Counted from the stretch's first letter, positions 44,214-57,231 are shown. The stretch: DNA of 64,000 nucleotides from Carpediemonas membranifera BICM (GCA_019828565.1 JAHDYR010000015.1:175926-239925), one strand, 5' to 3'. Made by a program: numbers and translations. Notes: a model not told the origin generated them from the letters alone.

Positions 44214-47200
44214 TTATCCATCTTGGCTGCTAGGGGTGAAGCTGAGGGCTTCGTTGGTCGCCGAGAGTCGGGCCGCGCGGCTGAGTAAGTCCTCGTTCTC
44301 TTCGGTTAGAGACGAGCACTTCTCCGTTGTCTTCCTGAGGTCCTTCCGCATCTCGTCCAACGCAGCTTGGGCTGCTCTCCGGGCTTCCCGTTCTTCCTCC
44401 AGCTCCTGGCTTTTGGCCTTGAGCTCGTTGATGGTTCTGGCTGCAGCTTCTTCCAGCTGTTGTCTGACCTCTGCTTCTCGCCGGGCCATGGCTTGGTCCA
44501 GCAGGGCCGCTATGCCTCTGCCCAGGTCGGTGTCCTCCTGTCGTGCTCTTTTTGGGCTGCAGGTCCTCTTGGTCCACCTGTCTGACCTGGCGGGTCTTGG
44601 CTGATGGGTTGGGGGTATGGGGGGGGGGCACAGCTCTTAGTTGGAGGGGGCCCGGGCTCTGTTCGCTCTGTCCTGCTACTTTGCGGTTGTTCAGTGACAA
44701 TTTGCCCGCGTGGAGGGCCATATAGGCCCCCTATGCCGCCATTCGGCAGGTAGACCTCCGTCCTCCTGTGGAGCATCTTGGCGAGTTCAGTAGCCCTTCG
44801 TCTCACCTTTGTTCGAAGCGCCTGCTTCCTCTCGGTCCTCAGTCTGTTCTTGGCGTTAGTGCTGGCGCCTTCCGGGAAAACACAGTTCAGCGTGTCCCAT
44901 GGCTTCCCCCCTTTTGGGTGTTCCACGCCTGAGCCCGCCAGGGCGAGTTTGCCTATCCAGGAGGCGCTCCTCAAGGTGCCCACTCGCCTCTTTCCTCTTT
45001 CTGCTGGTTCATCCGTGATACCCCAGTCCCGGGGGGAGGAACGAGGGGAGGAAGTTGATGGAGCCTGTCTCCGGGTCGACACACATGTTGGCCAGGAGTT
45101 CTCGATCGTCGGCTGGGACCTCCGTGAAGTAGTTGAAGATCTTCTTCCTGGCTTCTCTGCCCATGTGGCCTCCAGCTATGTCGAATTTGTGGACGGGCAT
45201 CAAAGACGCCGCTTGGGATAGGGTCATCGTTTTGGTGTCGCTGACGTCTAGAGTAAGCATCTTTTCCGCGTCTATTTCCGTGGGCTCCCCCTCAGGTTCG
45301 CCCAAGGGGAAACCGTCGTGGCGGCGCCCGTTCCACTCCGAGTGGATTTCCAGGAGGATGGGTCGCGCTGGTTCGCCTACTCTCGCGAGCGATTCTGGGT
45401 TTCCGATGATCACGGCTGTTCCTTCCAGGGCTCTGGTGATACCCTTTCCGGAGCTGAAATCGTTTTCCTCCCAGTTGGTCATGATAATCTGGCCCCGTTT
45501 GGGGTTCTTGGTGCCAAAGAGGTTGACTTGTTGGGACAATGGGGTTAGGCGACCGGCCGCCACGGTGCCGAGGCCGTGTCTGGCGTTGACTTTGGTCGCC
45601 AGGTCCTTGTATTCATCATGGTACGGCGACTCCCTGCCCATGAGCATGCTTCCTAGGGCTGTGAGGCGGGCTTCTACCTGCCCCCAGTCCCAGCCTGGGT
45701 TGTCTCTCATCCAGAACGCTGTTGCTAGTCTGGCGTAGAATATGGAGACATCTGCTAGGGCGCAGTGGCAGTGGTGGGGTGCGTGCTTGTGATAGGGGCA
45801 CACCAATTTTGCCTCCGGGCGCTGTTGGTACCTTCTGGTCCAGGTCCGGCCCAGTTCGGACTGGGGTCGGGAGGGGAGGCCGGTGAGGCTCTTCTCCCCA
45901 CTATTGGGGTAGAACCAGGTCAGCGTGTCGAGGATGTTGGGGAAGATCGTGTTGAGGTCAGTTTCATCCATGAGGCGTAAGCTTAGCCAGGTGCGGAGGT
46001 TCCCGTCTGGGACGAACTTCTCACTGGTCAGGATGCTTCTCTCAGCCTCGACTCCCTTAGCCACGATGTGGACGTGGGTCTTCTGTGGCCCCGAGTCGTC
46101 TTCCAGTCTCTTCAGCTCTGTAGCCATCTCGGTGCACCATCGCTTGGCGTGGGGGAAGTCTGCTTCGTATCCCTTGGGGGCTTTGCCCGTGGTGACGTCG
46201 ACAAACGTAGCTGGTGGGCATCCATGGATGTAGTGCGTGGCCCACAGACATTGGTCCAGGGCATCCACTGTGATGTCTTCCCCAAGCATCCCGTGCATGT
46301 AGTAGAGGATTTGCTCGTTAGCTGGGTCGAAAATCAGTGCCGCCCCTTCGCAAATGATGGCCTCGTCTCCTTGGTTGGATCTGGCTCTTCCTTCCTCAAA
46401 GTCCACCATAGCGATCAACTGCCTGGTGGTGTTGGCTCGTTGGGTGATATTGGAACGAGGCGGGCTAGCTCCCATGCTGGGCCCGCATGTGCCCTTGTTT
46501 GGCGTGGTGGGTGTGTCATCAGGGCCGGAAGTCCTGCTGCCGCTCGGGCCCAGGGGGGTTTCTTCTTCGTTAGTACCCAGGGCTCCATGAGATGCCCCGT
46601 CCCGTACGGGCTCTATAACTTGGGTCTGCCCCGTTGTGAGCCAGTAGTTAGTGATGTTGCGCGTCAGAAAGGAGGCAGACACCAGTTCGCGGGCAATCCT
46701 CGCGGGTGGGGGCCAGAGACGCCTGGTCTTATCCCATGCCGACCAGAGTTCGGGGAAGCCGGGGACTGACCACCGTTGGATGAGGTCTCTGACCTCCTCC
46801 CTCAGGTCTGCCTCTGCTGCCGAAGGCTCTTCTTCCAGGGGTGGGGGTGGGAAGACTGGCCTCATCACACCCTCGGTTCTGCTGTAGATGAGGATCTCCT
46901 CGACGGGGCCCTGGGTCCAGATCTGGATGGGCGTGCCGTCTGGTCTGCGGGAAACCTCCCTCCGGGGGGTGAGGGGCGTGGTAGCCTTGCCCTTTGGCTA
47001 GTTCCCGGCCTAGGTCGGCCCAGAGCTTCTTGTTTTCGCGTCCTAGTGAGGGGAGCCCTCTGGCTGCAGCTCCCGCGGAGATGGCGTGTCCGGCGGCATG
47101 GAGGAGCCACATTGCAGCCTCCATCCCGTACTTGGTCTGGATGCCGTTGCCTGAGATCGAAGAATGTCCTGCAGCTTGCAGCGATGTTGCCACGAGCTCT

Positions 47201-48008
47201 AGGAGGAGCGTCCTTGCGACCTTTCCCGTTCGGGCAGTGAAGTCCGTTGCGTCATCTCTGGTGAAGACCATGGCAACGTCCCTTGTGGGAATAGCCGCAT
47301 CTGCTGAGGCTCTGATGCAGTCCCATTCGTCCGGTGTGGCCAGTTGCTTGCCCAGTGGCGTTAACGACTCCTTGATCCCATTTGGGGGTGGTGTTTGCGC
47401 AATCCAAGGCGTCTGGGACGCTTTGGGAGCTGTTCGAGGTCATTGTGTGGCGTGGTCTCGAAAAGTCCCGGTTATGGATTCGGCCGAGATCAAGGCCCTC
47501 CTCCACGGGGAGAAGTGATGGGGGTGTGTTGATCACTAGCTGGTGCCGTCTGGCTCGTCCGGTGGGGATGTGCTACGTACTTGGAGTAGTCCGCCTGGAC
47601 TCTGGGGTAGAACACAAATTTGGGGGACCCTGGGCGAAGCCGGCTTAGTGTCTCCGCCTGCTCTAGGTCCAGCCGGTTCCCTTCAATGAATAGCCAGTAT
47701 GGCTGTTGGGCGGCTTTTGTGTACCGTCTCAGGAGGGGAAGTGATGCAAACAGCTTCTTGGCCCGGCTTTTCCGGAGCTCCCCTGGGCCTTCCTTTGCTG
47801 TAAAGCTTCCCTATTCTGGGTCTACAATCTTGTCGTATCCTATCGCGTTGCCGAGCTGGATAATGGACGTATTTGCTTTTTCCCTTCTGGTTTTCCTGAG
47901 ATCCCTTCTGGGTGCAGCCTTAAGGGCGAATAAGCCATAAATCATGCTTTCTTCCCTATCTGGCATGTCCCTGTTGGGATATTCCCCTGTTTCCATTTGG
48001 AGTGGCAA
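44214..48008 (-). pseudogene. LINE family 2 ORF1 region with DEDDh/Maelstrom-like nuclease (about 45740-46420) and C-terminal coiled coil
   Basis: The 619-aa piece at 45009-46868 contains MVDFEE..IICEGA..MHG..YIHGCP..KGVEAE..CPYH..CHCALAD. Confidence 0.72.
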
Positions 48009-48189
48009 AAGGCGGGAAGTGCACTTTTGCCAGCTTCTTGGAGGGGCTTGAGGAGGTTTGGTGGAGGTTCCAAGGGGCGCCAGCCAGCGATGTCCTGGTC
48101 TTGTATGGCTCCTTTCCCTTCCTCAGGGCGGATGGTTCAGGGGCGAGGTATGCGAGGTTTGTTGCGGACCTTGTTTCCACACAAAAACA

Positions 48190-48920
48190 TGTCTGGCGAA
48201 AACCCAAAAGGGAACCTTATTGCAGGGACAGGGAGCATCGCCCCACACGGGGCTGCTGTCCCTTATTCCCCATGCGTCCGTTCCATCTCTCCTTCCACCT
48301 TCACGCCTCCTCCTGGCCATTCGGCCGGCGCCTCCGCTGCCCAGCGGTCCCCAGAGGGGGAGGTGCATTACCAGGGGTTATGCACTCCGATCCCTATCGA
48401 GTCCTTGGCCCGAGTACGGCCTGGACTCCGATTTCGGGGGCGCCGCCTCTTTCCCGGGAAGCAGGGCCCTCTTCGCACTCCGACGGGGGATCCCATATTC
48501 CCCTCCGGGCCCCAGGGTAGTCCCTTGCCTTGTGGCGGCAGGGGCTTCACCGCTCCTTCTCGGGAGTCCCCGACTCCTGGCCCGGCGACTCCTCGGGGTT
48601 GGGAGGCGCATTTCCTGCGGACCATAGCTGACGATTTTGCCCAGGTGGACGTCCTGGCCAGCCGGTGGCGGGAGCGTGCCGCTGCCTTTTCCTACCTGGC
48701 TCAGAATTACCGTGACGAGGACCTGAGTCCCCACGAGTCTAAGTCGGCTCGGGGTTTCGACGCTGAGCTGAGGGGCCAAATGCGGGTCTATAAGCGCCTT
48801 CGTGCTCGCATAGACGCCCGGCTGCACCAGCTGGTTGCCATTCACGCCCCTCGTCCTGTATCTTGTGGTCGCAGCCCGGTTGTTTCCTTCCTGGGTCGCG
48901 TCACTCCCAAGAGGTTGTGA
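48190..48920 (+). CDS. Antisense ORF of LINE family 2 (start uncertain)
   Basis: W...A.AF...DED...F...QM..Y...R...L.Q...SP.V.FLG..TP shared with the family 1 antisense ORF. Confidence 0.65.
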
Positions 48921-49972
48921 GTCCTGGTAAACACCGTGATGGTTTATGCCTTTTGGCTTCGGCTGGGCGTTTCTTGTGGGGCTGTGGACGGGGCCCTCAG
49001 CGCTCCCGGTCTGTTGTCCGGTATGGCTGGTGTACTGGGGGCCTGTTGTGGTGGCCTTGTTGCCTATGCCGGCGGCGGGCGGCGATCCCGGCTCTCGTGG
49101 CGATGACGTCCACAAGCCCGGTCTTGGGCGGCATGAGAGCACGGGCGCCGGAGTAGTGTGGCCCAGTGGCCTCCCAGTGAGAGCCTATTGGCCGCCGGTC
49201 CCGGTGCTCTCGGGTTACTTTGCCATATGGCCCCAGTTAAGTTGTCTGAGGCAATCGTGTCGCAGTGCCTCTGGGGCCTACTGCGGGTACCGGTTACGGT
49301 AGGGGTTTCAATCATAAAGGTGGCGCAGTACGCTTGTTCGCGTTGATTTCCCTTGTGGGTTTGTGCGAGGAGCGCTTAGTTGCGTCTGGTCCCCTTGTGG
49401 GTCCCAGGAGCATGGGCGGTAGGTTTTGTTTGTTGTTAGAGTACTGTGTATTCTGTCAACGCTTTCCTACCGAGGCTAACTTATTCCCTTTTGGGTGGTT
49501 TTTGCCTCTGTGCATTTTTGGGCACACGAGGACGATCATCTGTTGCTCGACATAGCTTGGCGCACGGCGAGGTATACAGGGCAGGGGAGTGGGCTCCAGG
49601 TGAGGTGGTGCGCACCTCACCTGGAGCAGCCAGTTGTCCTCTGCCGGCCCGCTCTGGCGCTAACCTGCTTCGCAACGGGCGATCTCCTCCGGGGAGCAAT
49701 TTGCTTCCCCAATGTGCCCTATGGCTAGTGGGTTAGGAGAATACTTCCCATTTCTGCTCTCGTGCCCCAGAGCAGACGAACTCTTGGTCCTGAAATTACC
49801 ATTTGGTGGATGCTGGCGCCGCGGGGCACCGTCGCTCGCTTCGAGCTCGAATAGCTTTCAATGAGATCCGATAAATCCCGATTGCCAGCTTTTGGCCTTT
49901 TTCCGGTTGGTTTCGTCAACTTCCCATACCGGACATTTCCAACTGACCCTGAAGCACGAATAAGGAATTTGC

Positions 49973-50020
49973 GTTTATCCTCCGTATATCCCCGGATTAA
50001 CTGGCCATTCTAACAGTATG
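49973..50020 (-). repeat. Right TIR, 48 bp
   Basis: Exact reverse complement of 8145-8192. Confidence 0.95.
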
Positions 50021-50686
50021 TGGGAAGAACATCGAGTGAAACTGTTGAAGCGCCGATTCTTAGAACGATCGACTTTAATTCATTCATGACCTTTATCGAC
50101 ACTTACGAGGACTATAGCTGAAAGGAGGAAAGCGGTACATGCACGAGCTGGTTAAGGAGTCGATCCTCAAGCAACTAAGTCTAACGCACCAGCTAAGACT
50201 ATCGGAAGTTGTGGTGGAGAGCGAAGGGGATCTCACTGAACACCAGCTCAAGAAACTGGTTCTCTCCAAGCGTGACGAAGTGTTGAAGCAAACCCTAGCA
50301 ACTGCTCTTCTACCCGATGATGACTACGAGAGAGCGAAACTATTCTAGTTCAAGCTGAGAGACAGCACCGACTTCAACACGTGGCCAACAGATATGGCGG
50401 AATACGTGGCTAAGTTCGAGCGAGTTGCCAGCGTGATCGACATAGAAGCCATCGGAGCTGAAGCGGTCCGGAAGATGTTTATCAGAGGCATTTCTTCGAA
50501 GCCTCTCCGTTATCGTATTGATACCCTCACCGAGGACTCTACCTTCAACGAGACGGCAGCCACGGCCATGAAGACCGCAGCCAAGATGGCGAGCATGATG
50601 AGGGCTACGAGACCCTTCTGGGAGGAAGCAAGCGGCAAGCGCTGCAAGACCGAGACCGACAACGTCCAGAAAGGCCCACACAACCA
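50021..50686 (+). pseudogene. Gypsy gag remnant with stops (continuation of the ATG at 8142)
   Basis: VEAPILRTIDF..FIDTYEDY; VRKMFIRGISSKPLRYRI, similar to LRRTFIRGLSPDSLRRRV of the element at 1-3766. Confidence 0.75.
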
Positions 50687-52293
50687 TCTGCACTTCACTT
50701 CTGGTGTCTTGCTGCCGTCTCTCCTTACTCTCCAGTCTACGATCTCCTTAATGTACGCCTGACTTCTGTCGAGCGCGCACGCTATCCTGGCTTTCTCCTC
50801 ACTCCACTCTCCCTCGGCCACCTTCAGATGGCTGACGTGCTTCTTGTACGTCTTCTTCGTCTCCGGGTCTCTCACGACGTACGAATTGCTCTTCCCCGGT
50901 ACCTTCCTGACCACTATCAGCGGCCCGCGCCACTTGAGGTCGTACTTCTTCCGTATCTCTGCGTCGCGGTCAACAAACACCCAAAGCCCGGCTGCCACCC
51001 GCGACTCTGGGTGCTGTCGCTGTATGTCTGCTGCTCTCTTCTGACTGTCCTGCTTCTTCTTCTTCGGTGAGGATAAGTCGCCATCTCGTAAGCTTCCTCG
51101 TTCCCTCTTCCGACTTGTGGAGCAGCCACACGATGTTTCGATGATCGGTGAGGACTGTGAAGCTCTTCAGCTTCAAGAGCTGAGAGAACTCTGGTCTAGT
51201 GATGCAGTACACGATGGCGTAGAGCTCCTGTCCTATCGTTGCCCAGCGCCGCTGGGTTTCGGTGAATGTCTTGGAGAAGAAGGCGAGGGGCTTCTTGCCG
51301 TCCTCCTCGTGTTGCCAGAGCACTCTCCCGGCGGCTACCGTGGAGGCGTCAGTCTCCAAGGTCCAGGGGAGCTCCAAGTTCGGAAGGGCGAGAGCCGTGT
51401 GGTGGGTGCAGAGAGTCTTCAGCTCCTGAAAGGCCTGTTCGTGGGCCTCCGTCCAGTCGAGCCTGTCGGTCTTCTTCGGGGCACCCTTCAGTAGTGCGTT
51501 GAGGGTCGCGGCTGCCGTGCCGAGGCCGGGAATGAAGTTCGAGAGATGATTAAACTTTCCCATGGTCCTGCGAAGTTCGGTGACAGTTGTAGGCCGCGGG
51601 AGTTCGAGAAGAGCCTGAATGCGTCCGGGGCTGACGGAGCGCCCGGACTCGTTCACGATGAAACCGCAGACCTCGACTTCGCGAGCGCCAATCACGCACT
51701 TGTCTGCGCGAAGACGGAGCCGGGCGTCCTTGAGACGTGATAGGACGGCCTCGAGGGTCTGTAGGAACTCCTCGGCGGTGTGAGCGTAAATGAAGATATC
51801 ATCTACATAAACGCGGTTGGAGGCAATCCCTTCAAGGACGTGCTCCATGGCGCGTTGGAACTTTCCTGGCGCGTTCTTGAGGCCGAAAGGCACCTGTAGG
51901 AACTCGAATTGGTGGCCAGGAATGACGAACGATGTGAGGTGCACGCTGTCCTCCGCCATGCGCTGCTGCCAGTAGCCGGAGCGGAGATCCAGCGATGCAA
52001 AGAAGCTGCATCCTGTGGCCTCGTGCGGGAATTCCCTGAGATCTGGGAGCGGGAACGCGTCCGCGACCGTGGCGTCGTTCAGGCGGTTGTATGCCACGCA
52101 GAACCTGGGCTCGCCGTTCTTCTTCGTGGCCATGGTGTGCGGCGACGAGTACTCGGACGAGCTGTCCCGGATGATGCCCTGTGCGATCATCTTCGTGATC
52201 TCGCCGGTGGCGGCTGCACCGGGTGAACCGACAAGGGGGCGAGGTCTGGACTTCAGGTGAGTGGTCCTGCGAGTTCGATGTGATGAGGGCTTT
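50687..52293 (-). pseudogene. Gypsy pol fragment: RT-RNase H, integrase core deleted, GP motif and partial chromodomain; related to the 26012-30875 element
   Basis: LDLRSGYWQ, YVDD, TDAS, TDHRNI; WRGPL...YIKEIVDWR. Confidence 0.88.
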
Positions 52294-55200
52294 GGTACCC
52301 CCGGTCTCCGAGCCCGCACTTTCGCCGCTGGGCATGGTGGCGGGGTTCCCCCCGCTAGTTGGGTTCCAACCTGCTTCGCCCCCAATGAACGAGGGGGCGA
52401 CTGGATCGCCCATGTTGGGTTGGCCAGTGGTCGGGTCGCCGCCGTTGTGCGGGGCAACGCCCAGGTTGCCCCTGGTGGGTGGGTCCGTCCTTGGGCCGCC
52501 GTTGGGCGGGCTATCACCTGCACTTGCTCTGCCATTATTCGGTGGGGGGGGGTGACCGGGTTGCCCTCGTGGAGTGGGTTGTCGGTTTGCTCGTTGCCCT
52601 TGGGCGGGCCGTCCCCTGTGGATTCGGTGACGAGCAGCTTGGTACCCTGGTCCGCCATCCAGATGTTTGCGATCCTGCTAACGAGGGTGGAAACGTCGCA
52701 GAGGTCCTGGTGGATGAACTCAGGGGCCGGCATTGGCCGGGTAGTAGTATCCCATGCGGCCCACAGCTCTTTGAAGCCCGGAACCGTCCAGCGAAGCACT
52801 AAGTCTTCGGCCTCACTGCGCGCTAGCTCGTCGCCGGCAATGTTGAGGGCTGAATCCGTGGGTGTCCTGCTAACCAACACAGGTCTGGTCACCCCATCGG
52901 TCCTGCTGTAGACAGCTATTGCGGAGAACATGCCACCTTCCCAGGGCTTGACGGCCTGTCCGTCAAGGGGGGGGAAGCCTCCTGCTGGGGGTCTGGGGCT
53001 AAGGGGGACGGGGGCATCCTCCCAGGCCCGACCTAGGGCCGCCCACTTGTTGTTGACGTTGTTGTGGGCTCTGTCCGCACCTGGCGCTTTCGCTGAGCCG
53101 GCTGTGGCTTGGCCGCCTGCCTTGAGGAGCCAGGCGGCGCTCTGCTGGCCGAACCTTGTCCTGATCCCAGGCCCTGTGAGGCTTTGGTGACCTGCGGCCT
53201 TGAGAGTGCTGGCAACTAGCTCGAACAGCAAGGATCTAGCCGGTGGCGGGCTTGATACCTTGAAGTTGGCGGCGTTATCCCTCGAGAAGATCACTGTGGT
53301 GTTGTTGCACTTGGCGAGGATGGAATCGGCTGCTCTTCGGACTTTTTGCCACTCTTCGGTCGTAGCTAAGCGTTTTCCAAGCTTGGTGAGCTCTGTTCCA
53401 GCTTCGTCTACATCATTCCCCCGGCCCATGGCTTGTTGGGGGAACTTTGTGTTTGTGGCCGAAATTGGTCTCGAAAAGTCAGAGGGGGAAAGTCGGCATG
53501 AATCCCCCGGGGGGGAGCCCTCCCTGCCCGCCTCGCCTGTAGGCGCCGTTGCCGGCGCTCGTAGGCTGGGAAACCCGGGGTCAGGGAGTAATCGGCCTTG
53601 GAGGTGAACATCACGAAGGCCGGCCCGCATCGGGGCAGTGGCCGGCGCTGTTGGTCCTCGCGGTGGATTTTCCAGGCCGCCTGGCTTACCCACCATGGCC
53701 TTCCGGTTATCAGGGCGTAGTGGTCTAGCATGATGTCATTTTCTAGCATTTGGGTAGCCGTTATTTCCCTTTCTCGGCTGGGATTCTGCCACCACTGTAG
53801 CTGGTGATCCACTCCTGGGGGGAAGGGATCCTTTATCTTGCTATACCCTTTTAGGTCGCCGTACATCCGGATCAAGTCGGCGATTTTCTCGGTTCTCGTG
53901 CGCTCCTTGCGTAGAGGAGGCCCTATGGGATGCTCGGGGAGGAGATCTTCTGCTCGGGCAACGTACCCGCCCTGTGGGTTCCTGGGAAACGCGTCCATTG
54001 CCGGCCGGTGGCTCGGATGAGGAGTGTGCATTTTAGTGCTCCATCACCTGATCACACCATAGCCTTGTGGCGTTGCACGTTGGCCTTTCCGAGCAGGGGC
54101 GGGGAGGTGTGGCCTATTGCCTGAGATGCGGGGTCGGTTGCGAACCTTGTAGCCATAATATGAGTTCACCACATTTGGTTCCTGTTACACCCATTAGCCC
54201 GCCTGGCGACTACCACCAAGGCCCAGGCATTGCCGCAGCTAAGGTTCAGCCTTCTAAGGTACCTGATTCCCCTCTTGGCCCTCATGCCGGTCACCTCCAA
54301 GGCCCAGGCATTGCCGCGGCGGAGCCCCAGACCCCTAGAGAGGGCTGGGGGTCGGATTCTTCCACCACATCGTCCTCTGTGGAGGATCTGCCCCCCGGGT
54401 CGTTGGCATTGCCTTCCTCCCGCAGCGCCCGCGCCTCTGCTCCCAACCTGGTGGGATGGGGCCTCAGGAGTCCTCAACGCCGACTCTTCCGCTCCTTCCA
54501 GGGGAAAGCCGTCCCCCGCCGCCTCCAGCTGGCCCGGTCCCCTGCTTCCCCCGGTCCTCACAACGGCGAGGGCGCTGCCCCGTTTGTCACGCCATTGGCT
54601 TCCTCCCCAGCTGGGGCTCGCACCGTTCGTCAGCCTGTGGCTCCGCTTGCGTCAGCCCTCGACGCTCTCAGCACTTTGGATCGCATCGCCATGGACTGGC
54701 ACTCGTGTGCCTATGCCTTCGTGGACATGCTTCATGAGGGGACCGACGAGGATCAGCCTGTCGAGAACCTACAGGCCATTTTGGCATTCCAGCGCACTTC
54801 TCAGTCCCAGATGGTTATGTATCGCAGCAGCAGGGGCGCTCTTGAGCGGGCCCTTAGGCAGTATGTCCCTTCGGTTTCCCATTTCCTTGCCGACGGAAGC
54901 CCCTCAGTGGAGTTCCTGGGCGCCGGGACTCCTCAGTAAACACCCAGGGTTGAATGGGGGGTTGAGACCATGTTGCTGCTGTTCCTTGCGGTATCTGCCT
55001 ACCACTCGGGTTGCTGGGCCCCGGCATTCTCCCCCTTCTCCCAGCGGGGAGCGCGGCCACAGGGCGCCATTTGGGTTTCCCTCCAGTTGCGCGTCATTCC
55101 TACTAAATTCATGAGTTCATACCTTGGTTTCGGCTTGGTTGCAGTGGTGAGGGCCCTTGGCATGTTGCTGGGGGCTCCTCTGGACGTTCTTTGCCCTGTG

Positions 55201-55744
55201 GGTTGAGGAACGTCCGGGCGGTAAGCTTCCCTTGGTCATTTGGATGGTAATATCCCATCAGACCGCTCACCGGGGGCTCCATGCCCATACGGGTTTCGTT
55301 GCCCCAGAGGGTGCACTTTAGGGAGCACAGAGAACCAACCCAAGCACAGCGCCCGTCCGCTAGCGGGTTATACAAGGCAGGCAGGGTGGTTTCAGGGGCG
55401 ACGGCTCGTGCCTCCGGCGCTCGCATCTTCCAGTTTTCTGCCACCGGCCCGTTTCGCTTCCGTTTGACTTGGTCTCCGGCGATCTCATCGAGGAGGCTAG
55501 AGAGAGGCCTCGTCCGCCCTATGGGTAGAAGTGGTAAAGAGTTATGCTGTTCCTGCTGGTATTCCCCGAGCAGGAGAACTCCCGATGCTGAATTGACCAA
55601 AATGTGGCATTCCGCGCTATAGGTCACCGCCGCTCTGTTTTGAGCTCTATAAACCTCGAAAGAATCGCCAATGGCTATCATTCCTCGGCGCTTGGCTTTG
55701 TTCCGGTTGGTGATTCCAACTTTCCATACCGGACATTTTAACTG
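52294..55744 (-). mobile_element. 5' 3.45-kb fragment of LINE family 1, near-identical to 34415-37863
   Basis: Direct sequence identity apart from a few substitutions and homopolymer lengths; same 5' terminus ...ggacattttaactg. Confidence 0.95.
54160..54939 (+). CDS. Intact antisense ORF of LINE family 1 (259 aa)
   Basis: Uninterrupted frame MSSPHLVPV...VEFLGAGTPQ with an internal H.QGPGIAAA duplication. Confidence 0.7.
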   Translation: MSSPHLVPVTPISPPGDYHQGPGIAAAKVQPSKVPDSPLGPHAGHLQGPGIAAAEPQTPREGWGSDSSTTSSSVEDLPPGSLALPSSRSARASAPNLVGWGLRSPQRRLFRSFQGKAVPRRLQLARSPASPGPHNGEGAAPFVTPLASSPAGARTVRQPVAPLASALDALSTLDRIAMDWHSCAYAFVDMLHEGTDEDQPVENLQAILAFQRTSQSQMVMYRSSRGALERALRQYVPSVSHFLADGSPSVEFLGAGTPQ

Positions 55745-57231
55745 GCGGGGCTAGCGTAAGGCGATGAGGAAGGTCGGATGACGCCTTGGTCGAGGAGGCT
55801 CTCGACTTCACGCTGGATTACCTCTGCGAGGGCGGGTGAGAGACGGCGAGGCGGGAAAGGGGCGATATCTCGGCCCTCCATCAGCTCGATCTTGAATTCG
55901 TCGACGTCGATGGCACCGGGGAGGTCGTCCCTGAAGAGGTCAGGGAACGCGTTGACGACATTGGCCACGGCGCGAGGAAGCAGAGGCGTATCCTCGGGGT
56001 CGTCATGGAGGGGTGGCGCGTTGTCGCCCACCTCCTCGGGGGCGGGCTTGAGGTTGCCCAGCATGTTGATGAGGCCCGTCTCATGAAGGGTCTGCACGCC
56101 CAAAATAGCTTCCTCGCCGGTGGCGTGCACCAAGAAGTCCGCTGTAATCGTCAGCGGGCTGTCGAGGAACAGTGTCAGTGTGACGTTGCGAGCGACAAGA
56201 GTGCATCGGGCGGGACCTCCTGCGGTGTCTAGATCGACATCCATGGGGACCGTTTTGAGTCCTAGGTCCTCGACCGTCGTTGGGTCGACGAAGTTGTGCG
56301 TAGCGCCTGTGTCGAGCAGGACTGTGGAGATCGGGTTGTCATCACCGATAGTCGCTTCGACGCGTGGGGGTGCGATGGCATCGGTAGTATCAGAGTGGAC
56401 TGTGTCAGAGTGGGGCTCGACCAAATCTGGAGATACGATATCGCGAGATACGATATCGCGAGATTCGATATCGCGGGATCCGATCTTCTTTGCCTCAGCC
56501 TTGATCGGCGTAAGACGGATGGGGTTGCGGCGCATCCCCGTAGGGAAGAAATGGGGATGGCGGCTGTTCGGGCAGTTCGGGCGCATGTGGCCCTCGTGGC
56601 CGCATCCGTGGCACTTGACGGGTCCATGGTGCGGTGCGGTAGGGCGCTCGCGTCGGGCGGCGGGCGCCGCCGTGGCGCGTTCGGCGGAGGTAGCATGGTT
56701 GTCCTGCAAGCCGAGCTGTTCGCGGGCGGCGATAAGCTCGTCGAGCTCAGTGATGGCATGGTTGCAGGCGTCATCGAAGCTGCCGGGCTCCATGAGCTTA
56801 ACGCGGCTCTGTAGAAGCGGAGGCAGCGAGCGCACGAATAGCTTGCGCTGTTGAGCGGCGGATGGACGGGTGTCGTCGTCGCACAGCTCGAGGTTACGTT
56901 GGAAAGCGGCGATGTGCTGAAGAAGCGCTATGGGCGTCTTGGTGTGGAGATGGAGGCGCTCTAGGGCGCGGTGGGCTTCGATTTGCGCGTTGAATCGGAA
57001 GAACTCGTCCGTAATACGGCCGAAGATGTCGGCGTCGTCGAGTTCATTGAGATCGACGCGGATGCCGATGATGCGGGCTACAGTGGGGCTGATGAAGGTA
57101 ATACGCGGTGGAATGGCTAGATTAAGGGCGGTGGCTTGTGCGACATAGAGGTCGTAAGCATCGAGGAAGCGGAAAAAGGAAATCCTGTCCAAAGAGGACA
57201 AGAAAGGGACTTGCAAGTGTGTGTTGTTCAT
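55745..57231 (-). pseudogene. Gypsy gag-protease-RT N-terminus, cut by the LINE insertion
   Basis: MNNTHLQVPFL; CHGCGHEGHMRPNC; LLDTGA; PPRRLSP...VIRPSSSPYASP. Confidence 0.9.

Larger units (their letters stand above)
39200..49946 (-). mobile_element. Full-length APE-type non-LTR retrotransposon, family 2 (about 10.7 kb)
   Basis: 14-bp TSD CCCTGAAGCACGAA (39186-39199 and 49947-49960); (TTTC)n-type tail; same architecture as family 1. Confidence 0.93.
8145..50020. mobile_element. Giant TIR DNA transposon (RAG1/Transib/CMC-like transposase) with at least seven cargo genes; native length about 12.1 kb
   Basis: Perfect 48-bp TIRs at 8145-8192 and 49973-50020; TG duplicated at 8143-8144 and 50021-50022; excision restores a gag reading frame. 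Nested insertions of 2780, 16204 and 10761 bp each have their own TSD. Confidence 0.9.

Noticed and set aside
50970-53696. 908-aa ORF apparently fusing LINE ORF1 to Gypsy RT-RNase H
   Set aside because: It is a chance in-frame junction at about 52293 between a truncated LINE copy and a Gypsy fragment, and the LINE part drifts between frames.
56429-56480. 15-bp repeats (SRDIE/SRDIV) as a CRISPR-like or regulatory array
   Set aside because: It is a short coding microduplication in the gag-protease linker with no spacers.
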